In this document: one piece after another, positions 1 to 14,332 of the stretch | Layout: each line of letters begins with the position of its first letter | How positions within the stretch are numbered: position 1 is the stretch's first letter | Origin: Octopus sinensis | Lineage: Eukaryota | Length of the DNA stretch: 64,000 bases | Direction: 5' to 3' | NCBI RefSeq assembly: GCF_006345805.1 | Contig: NC_043007.1 | Coordinates: 13,082,001-13,146,000, forward strand | Notes under the pieces: generated by a model | Databases searched by the model: none | The model's input: only the letters and a program-made list of their open reading frames with translations | Told to the model about the DNA's origin: nothing | Translations under genes and position numbers: made by a program

Positions 1-13
1 ACTCCTTCCTCCC

Positions 14-390
14 ATAGGCACAAGGCCATAAATTTGGGATTTATGAGGGGTAAGTCGATTGTATCAACCCTAGTGATCAACTGGTATTTATTTTATCGAC
101 CCCCGAAAGGAAGAAAGACGAATTCGACGTCCGCGGAATTTGAACTCAGACGAAATACCTATTTCTTTACTACCCACAAGGGGCTAAACACAGAAAGGAC
201 AAACAGGGACAGACAAACGGATTAAGTCGATTACATCGACCTCAGTGCGAAACTGGTACTTAATTTATCGACCCCGAAAGGATGAAAAGCAAAGTCGACC
301 TCGACGGAATTTGAACTCAGAACGTAGCGGCAGACGAAATACGGCTACGCATTTCGCCCGGCGTGCTAACGATTCTGCCAGCTCACCGCC
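14..390 (-). mobile_element. SINE-A (tRNA-derived), two-unit form
   Basis: The reverse complement starts GGCGGTGAGCTGGCAGAATCGTTAGC (A box) and contains GTTCTGAGTTCAAATTCC (B box), the family core and the CCTTGTGCC tail. Confidence 0.9.
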
Positions 391-402
391 ATTCGCAGTC
401 AA

Positions 403-460
403 ATAATAATAATAAGAAGAAGAACAACAACAACAACGATTTCTTTAATGATAATGATAA

Positions 461-502
<42 letters not shown>

Positions 503-569
503 CATTATCATTATTAATAATATTATTATTATTATTATCATTATCATTATTAATAATATTATTATTATT

Positions 570-613
<44 letters not shown>

Positions 614-631
614 CATTATTATTATTATTTC
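403..631. repeat. Compound (AAT)/(AAC)/(ATT)/(ATC) microsatellite
   Basis: Read directly from the sequence; it generates the poly-I, poly-L and poly-N pseudo-ORFs. Confidence 0.97.
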
Positions 632-1027
632 TAATTTAGGCGCAGGACCAGCAGTTTCACGGGGAGCACAACAGCCATGAAATATTTCGTTTATTGTAGG
701 AACTGTTAGAAAAAGTATTAACAAAAACAATCTGTTGACATTTGGGTTTTCCTTTCTCTTTTTAAACCTTTGTTCGCAAGGAACAATGACATTAAACAGC
801 AACCTTAGAACACATCATCTCTGAATAAACAGGATTTTGTATTTATTTAGGCAAAACTCTATTAAATCTAAATATTACTATTTTGGTTCTTCTATTTCGG
901 AGCCGTTCTTGTTTCTTGTTTGTCATGTGACGATCTGAGATCACGTGTGTTGAAACGAAACACAGTTGTAGTAATGATAGCCATTTAAAATTACACACAC
1001 ACACACACCACACACACACACATTATA

Positions 1028-1480
1028 GGCGCAGGCGTGGTTGTGTGGTAAAAGGTTTGCATCTAAACTACATGGTTCCGGGATCATTCCCACTGCGTGG
1101 CACCTTGGGCATGTTTTCTACTATCGCGTTGGGATAACCTAAGCCTTGTGGGTGAATTTGGTAGACGGAAACTGAAAGAAGCCCGTCGTATATATATATA
1201 TATGTGTGTGTGTGTGTTTGTGAGTGTGTGTTTGTGAGTGTGTGCGTGTTTCTTTGTGTATGTTTTTGTCCTCCTCCGCCACCATCGCCACCACCACCTG
1301 ACAGTCGGTGTTGGTGTGTTTACATCCACGTAACTTAGCGGTTCTGTAAAAGAGATCGATAGAACAAGTACTAAGTCTTAGAAATAAAAAAGTAGTGGGG
1401 TCAATAAATTCAGCTAAAATTCTTCAAAACGCGTGTCCTGGCGTGGCCGCAGTCTAATGACTGAAAGCAGTAAAGCATAA
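1028..1480 (+). mobile_element. SINE-B (tRNA head, CORE-like segment, internal microsatellite, CR1-type tail)
   Basis: GGCGCAGGCGTGGTTGTGTGGTAA (A box), GGTTCCGGG..TCCC (B box) and CACCTTGGGCA.GT resembling the MIR/CORE domain. Confidence 0.85.
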
Positions 1481-1494
1481 TATTAAAAAAATGA

Positions 1495-1738
1495 ATGTTC
1501 TCGAGCCATTCCAGGCTCACAAGGACCGGTTTCCCGGTTTCAGTGGCGTAGAAATTCCCCACCTGGATGGGACGCCGGTCCGTCGCAGGATTACTCATTT
1601 TTGCCAGCTGAGTGGCCTGGAGGAATGCGAAATGAAGTGTTTTGTTCAAGAACACAACGCGTCGCCGGTCCAGGAATCGAAACCACAAGCTTACAATCAT
1701 GAGTTCAACACCCTAACCACTAAGCCACGCGGCTCCAC
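1495..1738 (-). mobile_element. SINE-V (tRNA head, TTCTTGAACAA.ACACTT middle, tail Y)
   Basis: GTGGAGCCGCGTGGCTTAGTGGTTAGGG head; the tail is shared with SINE-C2. A degenerate relative lies at about 62185-62320 (+). Confidence 0.8.
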
Positions 1739-1744
1739 AAAGCA

Positions 1745-1781
1745 TAATATATATATATAATATATATATAGTATATATATG

Positions 1782-1815
<34 letters not shown>

Positions 1816-1949
1816 TTGTATATATATATGTATGTAATATATATATATATATATGTAATATATATATATGTCTATATATATGTATAATATATAATATATA
1901 TATATTATAGATATATATATGTTATATATATGATATATAGATATATATG

Positions 1950-1982
<33 letters not shown>

Positions 1983-2156
1983 GTATTATATATATATATA
2001 TGTTTATATAATACTATATGTATAATATATATGTATATATATGTATATAGATATATATAGGTATGTATATAGATATATGTAGATATATGTAGATATATAA
2101 TATATGTATATATATATATATATATATGTAATATATATGTATATATATTATATATG

Positions 2157-2191
<35 letters not shown>

Positions 2192-2487
2192 GTATATGTA
2201 TATATATATATATGTATATATATTGTTATATATATATATATATGTATATATTATATGTATATAATATGTATATATATATGTATATCTATGTATTATATAT
2301 ATGTATATATAATATGTATATATATATATGTAATATATATATGTATATATATATAGTATATATATATGTATATATATATATATATGTATATATATATGTA
2401 TATATATATGTATATATATATGTATATATATGTATATATATTATGTATATATATATATGTATATATATATATGTATATATATATATG

Positions 2488-2533
<46 letters not shown>

Positions 2534-2610
2534 ATGTATATATATAATACATATGTATATATATATTATGTATATATATATGTAATATATATATGTGTGT
2601 GTGTATATAT
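1745..2610. repeat. Long degenerate (TA)n/(TATG)n tract
   Basis: Read directly from the sequence. Confidence 0.97.
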
Positions 2611-3094
2611 ACACATATATTATACGTTATCTGGATCATGGGTCGAGTTGGCTGTAACTCAAGAAAATAATCAATGTGTTATAGATACAGAGTTGATGTT
2701 ATTTGTATTTATCAGGTGATACAGTACAAATGTTTGAATGTTTCAGCATATTTTTCTTTAGAAGCGACTGTATAGTTGGAAGTGTCCGCCTGGTTAATAA
2801 ATGAAATGTGTATCGATCAGGTGATCATAGAGATCTACAATAAGAGAGAACATGATGGCAGGAATAGAGTAAAAGTACTTGGGGATTTCTGTGTTCTTAA
2901 AACATGATCGGTTTTTTCATCAATGTTGTATTATAAACACCACGTTGCTACCCCTTTCCTCCTCACACCCGCTCCCCGTGCCATCTTCTCACTTCTTCGC
3001 CTTCCTCTCACAATTATACACTAACCTCTCGTAAATCCACAATCCCACACCACTACACTTCCACACTTATTTTTACACACCTACACTCCCCAAA

Positions 3095-3370
3095 ACATCT
3101 CACAAATGCACAATTCTCCTAATGATATCTCAATACGCGGATACACACCTGTATGTATCCTCTCACCTTCCAACCGCCCCTACAAAACTACCTGGCCCCA
3201 AATTTACTCGTTCTTTTTCCTCCAGCCACATTTTCTGTCTTCTGATGAAGGATCTACGTCCGAAACGTCAAAACTCTTTCCTTTCTTTTTAAACCTCAAA
3301 CTAACACAAATTTTGTTAAGACTTGTCCCTCGCGTGTTGTTTTCCTCTTTTGTGATCATTGCCTTCCTAA
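3095..3370 (+). mobile_element. Penelope-like element 3' / pseudo-LTR remnant
   Basis: Hammerhead core followed by a pyrimidine-rich tail loosely resembling the tails at 31598-31693 and 23222-23300. The upstream peptide HNSPNDISIRG only weakly resembles PLE endonuclease C-termini. Confidence 0.45.
3242..3269 (+). ncRNA. Minimal hammerhead-like core in a Penelope-like remnant
   Basis: CTGATGA-A-GGA(tctacg)TCC-GAAAC-GTC with palindromic ACGT. Stem I is weak (only TT/AA adjacent). Confidence 0.55.
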
Positions 3371-3407
3371 CATGAGTGTACGTACATATGTATGTATATG
3401 TGCATGT

Positions 3408-3462
<55 letters not shown>

Positions 3463-4634
3463 AAGTTTCATTGAACATCTGTGGCCTGTAATTGATTCTT
3501 TTATTGTTCTTACAATTGCAAAGACTATGAACGCAAAATAATTGTGAAAAGTCTGCTTGTTTTTGTAGATATTTACTTTTTTTTAGTGTTTGTAATACAA
3601 ACACAAAATCACAAATTTTAAGGAAGGCCTATAAAGTGGTTCATTTGGTTCCAGATTATTTAACTGATGCTTATTTTTAGGGAGCCCAAAATGATTAACT
3701 GTATAGGTGACCTCCAGCAGGATTTGATCTCAGAAACTATTGTAGACTTAAGTAAATTCTTAGTCTTTTACTTCTTTCGGTCATTGGACTGCAGTCCAAT
3801 GCAGTTTGGTACTTATTCAACCGGTCACTTTTGTCGAACCGCTAAGTTACAAGGACGTAAACAAACCAACACCTGTTGTTAGGTAAACAAACACACGCAC
3901 ATACGTACGCACTTATACACACATGCACAATCCTTTGTTTTGGAATTGAATCTCGAAGCACATCAATGCTATATACACAGTGTTCACCTTGCTCGACGCA
4001 CCTAAAGCGACTTCTCTGTTATTATGGTCATTCCCCATGCAATGGCGGTTGAACGCACGTGCGTTTCAATTTTTCCAATATTCTTCATCGGTTCTATTCT
4101 CTTCATGTCCATCCTGACTTTCAGAAGAAGAGTGAATACACGAAATGTTAAAGACATTTCATTATATTTTTTCCCCCATTTCCTGAGCGTCAAACAAATA
4201 CCAACTCTGGGTTTGTTATGGGTTTTTTTTTTTACCTCGACTTGGCTTTGTATTGTTCGTGACCTTTGTACTAATATGTAGCTGGTTAACGAAGTTGTGG
4301 GAATTATAATTTTGGCTAGTGAAGTCTTGTTTAAAGTTCATTTCCGTTTTCTTAAATTGATTAATTAATGTGCTTGTGTGTGAAACAACACCCGCGTCTC
4401 AGATATGCAAACAGTAAACTATTTTGCGATAACATTTGTGTCTTTTTGAGTGCATGCAGGTGTTCAGTGTTGAAGTTCTTTCTGGTCTTTGAGGAGAAAC
4501 TCACAGAAAAAATCCATCAGGACTGAGGTCCTGTTCAAATCATAGTTGTAGGGCCACATACAAGATGTGAAAGGTAATCAGAGCTTATGGGAACAAGCAC
4601 TTGTCAAGTATGTAGGTTTTAGCAATTAATCATA

Positions 4635-5012
4635 TTCTTTTATTCTTTTATTTGTTTCAGTCATTTGACTGCGGCCATGCTAGAACACCGCCTTTAGCTT
4701 AACAAATCGACCCCAGGACTTATTCTTTGTAAGCGTAGTACTTATTCTATCAGTCTCTTTTGCTGAACCGCTAAGTTACGGGGACGTAGCACACCACCAT
4801 CGGTTGTCAAATGATGCTGGGGGGAACAAACACAGACACACAAACATATATATACGACAGGCTTCTTTCAGTTTCTGTCTACCAAATCCATTCACAAAGC
4901 TTTGGTCGGCCAGAGGCTATAGTAGAAGACATTTGCCCAAGGTGTCACGCAGTAGGACTGAATCCGGAACTGTGTGGTTGGTAAGCAAGCTACTTACCAC
5001 ACAGCCACTCCT
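4635..5012 (-). mobile_element. SINE-B
   Basis: Full reverse-complement copy from the tail TTGTTTCAGTCATTTGACTGCGGCCATGC to the head CCACACAGCCACTCCTG. Confidence 0.9.
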
Positions 5013-5234
5013 GCTCCTGTATATAACATATCTTAGACAAAGTTTTTGGGTTTATTTAGTGACTGTTTTTTGATACTGTTGAATGAGACTTGGAGATTAT
5101 TTTTTAAAATTCTCAATCACAGGAATTATTCATGTCTAGAGGAGGAATTACTGCCTAGTGGGGTACGTGTGAATGGCACACGTATTCGGGCGGACAAATG
5201 TGTGATATTATGTGTAGAAGTGTGTGTGTGTGTG

Positions 5235-5267
<33 letters not shown>

Positions 5268-7019
5268 GTGTGTGTATTTGTGTGATTGTGTGTGTGTGTG
5301 TGTGTGTTTAGCTGTGTGTGTGTGTGTGTGTGTGTGTTTAGCTGTGTGTGTGTGTGTAATCTGAGGTAATGGCAAGTACATTTGTTGTTCATCCAGCCTT
5401 TTGCTATAACCTCGGATCTATTAAATTCTTTTGAGTGAAATTTGATTCGTATGGCGGAAATTATGGAAGCTCATGGGAGGAACCATTTCTGATCTTGGGT
5501 AGTAGTTTATTCCATTGTCTAATTTAACATCAATACCCAACTCTTGGGTACATCATATTGCAACCATTCAAGTCAGCTTGTCAGCCTGATGAGAACTTCT
5601 TTCATTCCTACATAGCCCCAGAAATCCTGGAAATTTAATGGGCTTTGCTTTTTTCCCCGCTCAGTCTAAGATTTTAAGAAGTATATAGAAAGAAGAAAGC
5701 GAGTGTCATAACCGAACTGTGAAATGCACCAAAAAAGATTAAATGGGTGGGTGGGGGGTCATTGAAAGCCCTGATGATTCACGCTGCGATGGGGTGTATG
5801 ACAAGAAACATCTTGCTCAAGAAGCAGAAGGCAGAATACAAAGAGAATTGGCTAGTTTTATGTAGAGTTTTTCGTGCGAAAGACTATCGAAAGCGTTGTT
5901 AATGTCAATGGCAAAACCGCTTTCACTATGGGGCGAAAAAACCCATCTATCTTTTGCTTGTGGTTCTACGAAAGCTTGTCATTGTGTAGGAAATAAATTG
6001 CTAGAAGAGAAAAAAAAATGACAAATGCCTTTAGTGAAAATCTAAAAATTATGATTAAAACTAGATTTTTCATTTGAACATCACAGAATGTGAAAAAAAG
6101 AAGAAATGGAGATTTTATTTCTGATGTGAAAGTATGACAGCCAGCTTTCTGTATATTTTCCAATTTTAGAAACTGGCTCCTTTCTTTTCCGCGGCGGCGG
6201 CGGCGGCGGGGTGTTGGTGGCGGTGGGGGGTTGATGTTTTTTGAAGAAATAATTTAAAATAAACACGCTTGCTTGTGTAATACTTCTCCGTTTCTTTGTG
6301 TATAAAATGTACTTTAAATGCGTGTAATTTTGCGAACAAGAACATCATTATATGTAAGAAGTTGAGAAGTGTTTAACTAATTCAAATCTTCTTTGTAAGT
6401 ACACACGGCATCTATTATTTACAAGAAAACGAACAAAAATGAAAATGAAAAAGGAACACGTATAGAATTTCTCACGGAGTAAAAACTTGAATACACTTTC
6501 TCTACAAGATCTTTCTGTGACGAAACCTGACTCTATCCTACATGTTTACTTGTTGGCTATTCTAGATTAACAATAAATAAATAAATGAATAAATAAATAC
6601 ATCTTCAACTATTTTCCATTTTAATGAGGACCATTTTTAGCAATAGTCATGTAATGGAATTCTTATTCTGAAAGGAATTTCGCTAAGAAAATTCAAAAGA
6701 AAAAATAAAATTCCGTAGAAAAAATTACCCGTTCGCACTTTTGTTGCTGTGATTGTTTGGACCATGGTGGCTCTGATTGAGCAGATGCATGATCAAAGGT
6801 GTTCCGATTATGACTACCCTGTCAGTTTTCAGATTCGACAACACAATTTTCTAACGTGAATTGTCTTGATAAAAGAGAGAAGAGAAAAGTGGAAGATATG
6901 GGTAGTATCTTAAGCAAGTTGAGCGACTAATCCTGGGCTTCCTTATTGACCCAGGCGGTGGTACCCGATTGTTGGCAGACAAACGAAATCGCCAGAATAA
7001 TAAATACTGTAATAGTTTC

Positions 7020-7615
7020 TGATTTAGGCACAAGGCCAGCAATTTTGAGGAGTGGCGTAAGTCAGTGACATCGACCCCAGAAGGATGAAAATTAAAGCTG
7101 ACCTCTGTGGTATTTGAACTCAGAACGTAAAGAGTTTAAAGAGATACCTATTTCTTTACTACCCACAAGGGGCTAAACACAGAGAGGACAAATAAGGAGA
7201 GGCAAACGGATTAAGTCGATTATATCGACCCCAGTGCGTAACTGGTACTTATTTAATCGACCCCGGAGGGATGAAAGGCAAAGTCGACCTCGGCGGCATT
7301 CGAACTCAGAACGTAGCGACAGACGAAATACCGCAAAACATTTCTTCTGGTGCTCTAATGATTCTACAAGCTTGTCACCTTTTTACTTAGCAGTGTAATT
7401 CTTTCTTATTATAGGTATAAGGCTTGAAATTCTGGGGGAAGAGGCTAGTCGATTACATCGACCCCAGTACGCAACTGGTTCTTATTTCATCGACCCCGAA
7501 AGGATAAAAGGCTAAAGTCGACCTCGGCGGAATTTGAACTCAGAACGTAAGAGCTCAAGAGACCTCACTAAGCATTTCGACCATCGTGCTAAAGATTCTG
7601 TCAGCTCACCACATT
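7020..7615 (-). mobile_element. Two adjacent SINE-A copies (about 7020-7375 and 7410-7615)
   Basis: Each has the ATCGACCCC..GAAGGAT.AAA..GTCGACCTCGGCGG..GAACTCAGAACGT block and a tail. Confidence 0.85.
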
Positions 7616-8015
7616 TTTACTTAACAGTATAACGACACTAACATCTCGTAATCAGTTTGTATTTATCGATTGTTGCTTTTAACTCCAATGAGTAATTTTT
7701 TGAAGATGAAATAACTGAATGGAGTTCAGAAGAACTAAGAAACTTGTTTAAGGCTACTAAATAACTGTTATTGTTGGTTCTTAGCAGACCACTTAAGGCA
7801 GGTTGAAAGATCTTATCGATCTGCTTCCCGGGTTTTTGTACGTATCTAACTGAACAATGGTGTTATGTGTTATAGTAGGAGTGAAGCGAAGACACAAGGA
7901 CATAGAGAAAATACATACACATGCACATACGTACACACACGCGCGCGCAAGATTTAGCTGCTATTCTTAGAAGGTTGAAAAATTGCGTAGCAGTCTCTTC
8001 ATATAACTTCATATA

Positions 8016-8215
8016 CTCTTTTACTCTTTTACTTGTTTCAGTCATTTGACTGTGGCCATGCTGGAGCACCGCCTTTAGTCGAACAAATCGACCCCAGGAC
8101 TTATTCTTTGTAAGCCTAGCACTTATTCTATCGGTCTGTTTTGCCGAACCGCTAAGTTACAGGGACGTAAACACACCAGCATCGGTTGTCAAGCGATGCT
8201 GGGGGACAAACACAA

Positions 8216-8274
<59 letters not shown>

Positions 8275-8480
8275 ATATATATATATATAGATAGATATAT
8301 ATATACACACATGTATACGACGGTCTTCTTTCAGTTTCCGTCTACCAATCTATTCACAAGGCCTTGGTCGGCCCGAGGTCATAGTAGAAGACACTTGTCC
8401 AAGGTGCCACGCAGTGGGACTGAACCCGGAACCATGTGGTTGGTAAGCAAGCTACTTACCACACAGCCACTCCTACGCCT
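8016..8480 (-). mobile_element. SINE-B, full length
   Basis: Tail, internal (CA)(TA) microsatellite, core and head are all present. Confidence 0.92.
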
Positions 8481-8499
8481 ATAACTGGCAGAATTCTTT

Positions 8500-9070
8500 T
8501 AAACTTTCGTTCTTTTACAGGTTTTAATCATTTGACTGCGGCCATGCTCGGACATTGCCTTCATGAGTTTTAGTCGCCAATATCGACCCATGTACATATT
8601 TTACCGATCTCTATTTACCGAACCGTTAATTTACTGGACATGCAAAGGACAAGTCATAAGCATTATCCCCGGTCTTCAGATCTTCACACCCACCCCTCCA
8701 TTTCTTGTCTTGTCTTGAGACAGCATTCACCCGGAGTGGGTTGAGCTGGCTTCATCAATTCTCAATGCTGCATCTCTCACAAACGCCGAGCAGGGCCTGG
8801 CGATTTGAGGCTAACGACCGCGTGATCTCCAACCACTCCCTATTCCTTAGTCAAACATTCTTCGTGTACATCACCCACTCCATGCGCGCGTCCTACTATG
8901 TATGACCGTCTTGTGCATAGTTTCCGTCTACCAAATTCGGTTCACAAGGTAATGATCGATCCAACACTATTGCAGAAAAAAAACCCCACTCGCCCAAGGT
9001 GGGCCGCACGATGGAATCAAACCTGGAACCACGTGGTCGCCATACGAAATTCTTAACCAGGTAGTCATAC
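8500..9070 (-). mobile_element. Degenerate SINE-B split by ~250 bp of unrelated sequence
   Basis: Tail half at about 8500-8650 and head half at about 8915-9070. Confidence 0.55.
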
Positions 9071-9822
9071 TTAATCTTTTAAACTGTTTAACCAGAAGAA
9101 AGCATGTGGAAGAAACGGGTTGTCAAGGGGGGAAAAAGGCTTGTATGGTGCTTAGGTATAGAAACACTTGAGAAATAAAGGGATATTCAGGATAGTTTCA
9201 GGGTGGATTATATGATATTACAATAAGGATTAAGCGAGCTATTATCCTTACATTGCGTTAAAATGTTCTTTGTTTATGCGTTTATTATTATTATTATTAT
9301 TTTTATTGTTATTGTTCTTTATTTTTTTGTCTGATTGTACAGCTTGCATTCCTCTGGCTATTATCGAGAAGGCTGGCGACTAAAGAGAATGTTGCACTAT
9401 TAATGGATTAATAGAAGTCGATTAAATACATCTTCATGGTTTGGGAAGAAAGCTAAAGCAGGTTTTTTGGTTTGTAGAAGAGAGGAAATATGAATGGGAA
9501 ACGATTATCAGACTCTTGTACACTACGACATCTCTTCGGATACGGAGTGGAGCTTCGTTAAAGAGCGTCTTTTTTAATGCTGTGTCTATGCAATGTAACT
9601 TGTCCTTCCTGCCCGGTAAGGTGTCGTATGAGAAATATGCTTTCTATTTCTAGCGGGTCAGGCTCCTTATTTATTTAAAAAGAAAAATAAATGTATGGTT
9701 AAGAATTCGTTTCGGCACTTCGTGGTCCTAGGTTCTCTCCTACTGCGCAGCATCTTGGACAAATGCATTCTATTTTAGTCAGGATTTCTCTCTCTCTCTC
9801 TCTCCATTCTCACACACACACA

Positions 9823-9915
<93 letters not shown>

Positions 9916-10846
9916 CACACACAGATAGTTGTGGCTATGCGATAAGACGTTTGCTTCCCAACCACATTCTTCCGAGTTCGGTCCCACCACATGACACCCT
10001 GAGCAAGTGTTTCCAACTATAGCTCTTGGCCGACCAAAGCCTTGTGAGTGGATTTGGTAGACCAAAACTGCATTATATGTGTGTGTGTGTACACACGTAG
10101 CGGCAGACGAACTACCGCTAAGCATTCTGCCAGCTCGCCGCCTTTGTAAAACGACTAAATAAGAGAATAGTCATGGAATTATGTAGAATATTCATAGAGT
10201 CATATAGGCCTCTAAGTAAGTGAGGTGTAAGGAAATAAGGAACGGTGGTGTGGACGAGGGGTGACCCCAACTACCTGAGCAGTACTGGGCCGCACCGAAA
10301 GAATAAATTTTTAAAATGTTCTTTCCATTTTATTCGCGATCTTAGAAGTGTTTTATTTTGAAAAATCACCACTTTTGTCTGTTTCCGTTTCCTGAACCCT
10401 TCTAAATAACAGATATTTTTCAAACACCGATAAATTAAGCCCACAAGCTAACTGTAACGATAATAAGATTGTTAAATTCCTTTTTTTTAAAAAACATTTT
10501 AGGAAAATCTCATGTTTTCAGGTATTTACTTGTTAGTAATTTATTGCGTAATATTTCGTAGAAAATTGATTCTCTTCTCGATACGTTACAGTTTGCTTTG
10601 GGTGAGAATTTTGTCATGCTTCACTGAACCTAGTAAAAATAAATTAAAATCAAAAGTGAGAAAGACCCGCTGATTCTGCATCGTGGTGAGCTGCGTTCTA
10701 GATACATTGGTTTCAAATTTTGGCACAAGGCCTGCAGTTTCGGTGGGGGGGGGAATGTGAGTCGATTTCATAAACCCCCAATGCTCAACTCGCTGCCTTA
10801 GATGTATTGTGTGTATATGTGTGCGTGTGTGTGCGCGCGCGTTCGC

Positions 10847-10886
<40 letters not shown>

Positions 10887-10888
<2 letters not shown>

Positions 10889-11230
10889 TCTCTTTTACTC
10901 TTTTACTTGTTTCAGTCATTTGACTGCGGCCATGCTGGAGCACCGCCTTTAATCGAGCAACTCGACCCCGGGACTTATTCTTTTTGTAAGCCCAGTACTT
11001 ATTCTAATCGGTCTCTTTTGCCGAACCGCTAATTAACGGGGACATAAACAACAGCACGTTGCACAAGCAATGCTAGGGGGACAAACACAGACACACACAC
11101 ACACATATATATATATATACATATATAAGACGGGCTTCTTTCAGTTTCCGTCTACCAAATCCACTCACAAGGCATTGGTCGGCCCGGGGCTATAGCAGAA
11201 GACACTTGCCCAAGGTCCCACGCAGTGGGA
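10887..11230 (-). mobile_element. SINE-B, 5'-truncated at a (TA)n tract
   Basis: Tail through core, ending at GCAGTGGGAC before (TA)n. Confidence 0.9.
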
Positions 11231-11239
11231 CTATATATA

Positions 11240-11284
<45 letters not shown>

Positions 11285-13352
11285 TCAGATTTTGACACAA
11301 GGCCAGCAATTTCGGGTGAGAGGGGCCAGTCTATTCTTTTTTTCTACTCAGCACAGGCCCGACATTTTTGGGGAGGGGGCCAGTCTATTACATCGACCTC
11401 CGTGCTTAACTAGTACTTATTTTATTGAAGAGTTTCACGTTTTCCCGCCTTATTTCTAGCCCCAAATGGTTTATTTTTTCTATATCTAGCTCTATGTCTT
11501 TCTCCATTTCTAAGTTAAGGATAAAAAATAAAGCAACCCTGCAAAACACAACTGATCTTTACACACAGGCTCACAGAATAACAGCAATCAAATAACGACA
11601 GCGGAGTGCACAACAAACATCAGCGATCTGACTGTCGCTTGTACACTTGACGAGAGATGCCAGTTTGTCTTTTACACCTACCAAGCTCATTCGTATTAGC
11701 CCAAGTTGCTGGATAACTTTTCACTCTTCTAAGAATGTTGTAGAACGGAAACTTTTCATAGATTGGAATTTAAACCCTAATCTCTATAGAAATTTAATGT
11801 TTCAAGAAAATATCGAATTTGAATTACTCTTAATTTTTACGATTATAGATAACAACTCGGGTGTGTACTCCTGAGCCCGAGTCAGGCGCGTGTGTGAACG
11901 ACGTCAAGAGAACGCTGCCACGAATGATATTTTTTGACACCAGGGCACCTCTAAGACGACTGCCAGACGCTGAACGAAAATAAATGAACTACGAACAAGC
12001 TCAATAAAAGGAGCTCGAGTTATTGGCTGCTGCAATTACATACCTGAAGCCAGCGTTGGAAGATTACATCGGCTTGCGCGTTTCACTTTCATAAATGTAT
12101 ACTCGGGCAAGGCCAGAGCAGCCCGAATGCCGGAGAGTGATATACATACATACTTGTATGAATACACCCACCACACACACACCACACACACACCACACAC
12201 AACACATTATATTATATATATTTACGCATACATATTAAATATATATACATATATACATACATACGCACATATATATATATATATATGCATATATATGTGT
12301 ATTATATATATATATATGTATGTATATATATATATATGTATATGTATGTATATATGTATATGTATGTATATATATATATGTATATGTATGTATATATATA
12401 TGTGTATATATATATATATATATACATATCATACATACATACATACATATATATGTATATATATATATATATATTACAATGTAATGATAGAAGAAATAAA
12501 GTGCATAATATGCAATCTAATAATTACAATTGCATTATATATGTAATAATTAAATTATATATTATGCACAATTGTTTTGGATCTTTTCATTTGTGAAGCC
12601 AGTTTTTCCAAATTTTTCCTACTGAACCAAACAATTTGAAACTTCGTATACTGGTAGAATGTGTCAAAAGTAAACTTAATTGTAAACCAGAATGAAAACG
12701 GAATTGTAACTTCTAAGTTTAACATTGTTTAATAATTAGAATTTTAACCAATGGTATTCCGTCTTTCGGCTTCATATTATTTACTCCGTCTCGACCACCA
12801 ATTTGGGTGACGTAGTAAACATATGGTATGTAAACAAATGGTTAATATAAAGCGTTACGCATATCAGAAAATCAAAAAAAAATGTGGTAATAGGTGTTGT
12901 AAAACAACTTCCTATGAACGAATATGAAAAAAAAAATTCGCGCACTCGAAAGGGGGGGTGGGGGGAGGCCTCGGAAAATTCACATCGGGAAGTTCCGAAA
13001 GCGTCTGAGGGCTGACCCGGGAACCAAAACAAAAAAAATAGTGTAAATATGTTTAAACAACTTGCTCTAAACGAATATGACAAAAAAAAAAATGCGCTCT
13101 CGCGAAAGAGGGGTGNNNNNNNNNNNNNNNNNNNNNNNNNNNNNNNNNNNNNNNNNNNNNNNNNNNNNNNNNNNNNNNNNNNNNNNNNNNNNNNNNNNNN
13201 NNNNNNNNNNNNNNNTATATATATATATACATATATAAGACGGGCTTCTTTCAGTTTCCGTCTACCAAATCCACTCACAAGGCATTGGTCGTCGGCCCGG
13301 GGCTATAGCAGAAGACACTTGCCCAAGGTCCCACGCAGTGGGACTATATATA

Positions 13353-13397
<45 letters not shown>

Positions 13398-14270
13398 TCA
13401 GATTTTGACACAAGGCCAGCAATTTCGGGTGAGAGGGGCCAGTCTATTCTTTTTTTCTACTCAGCACAGGCCCGACATTTTTGGGGAGGGGCCAGTCTAT
13501 TACATCGACCTCCGTGCTTAACTAGTACTTATTTTATTGAAGAGTTTCACGTTTTCCCGCCTTATTTCTAGCCCCAAATGGTTTATTTTTTCTATATCTA
13601 GCTCTATGTCTTTCTCCATTTCTAAGTTAAGGATAAAAAATAAAGCAACCCTGCAAAACACAACTGATCTTTACACCAGGCTCACAGAATAACAGCAATC
13701 AAATAACGACAGCGGAGTGCACAACAAACATCAGCGATCTGACTGTCGCTTGTACACTTGACGAGAGATGCCAGTTTGTCTTTTACACCTACCAAGCTCA
13801 TTCGTATTAGCCCAAGTTGCTGGATAACTTTTCACTCTTCTAAGAATGTTGTAGAACGGAAACTTTTCATAGATTGGAATTTAAACCCTAATCTCTATAG
13901 AAATTTAATGTTTCAAGAAAATATCGAATTTGAATTACTCTTAATTTTTACGATTATAGATAACAACTCGGGTTGTAACTCCTGAGCCCGAGTCAGGCGC
14001 GTGTGTGAACGACGTCAAGAGAACGTCTGCCACGAATGATATTTTTTTGACACCAGGGCACCTCTAAGACGACTGCCAGACGCTGAACGAAAATAAATGA
14101 ACTACGAACAAGCTCAATAAAAGGAGCTCGAGTTATTGGCTGCAATTACATACCTGAAGCCAGCGTTGGCAGAAATTACATCGGCTTGCGCGTTCACTTT
14201 CATAAATGTATACTCGGGCAAGGCCAGAGCAGCCCGAATGCCGGAGTGATATACATACATACTTGTATGA

Positions 14271-14332
<62 letters not shown>

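Noticed and set aside
11647-11874. Same 75-aa ORF appearing twice (also 13758-13985)
   Set aside because: The recurrence is explained by the 2-kb duplication across the gap, and the peptide has no recognisable motif.
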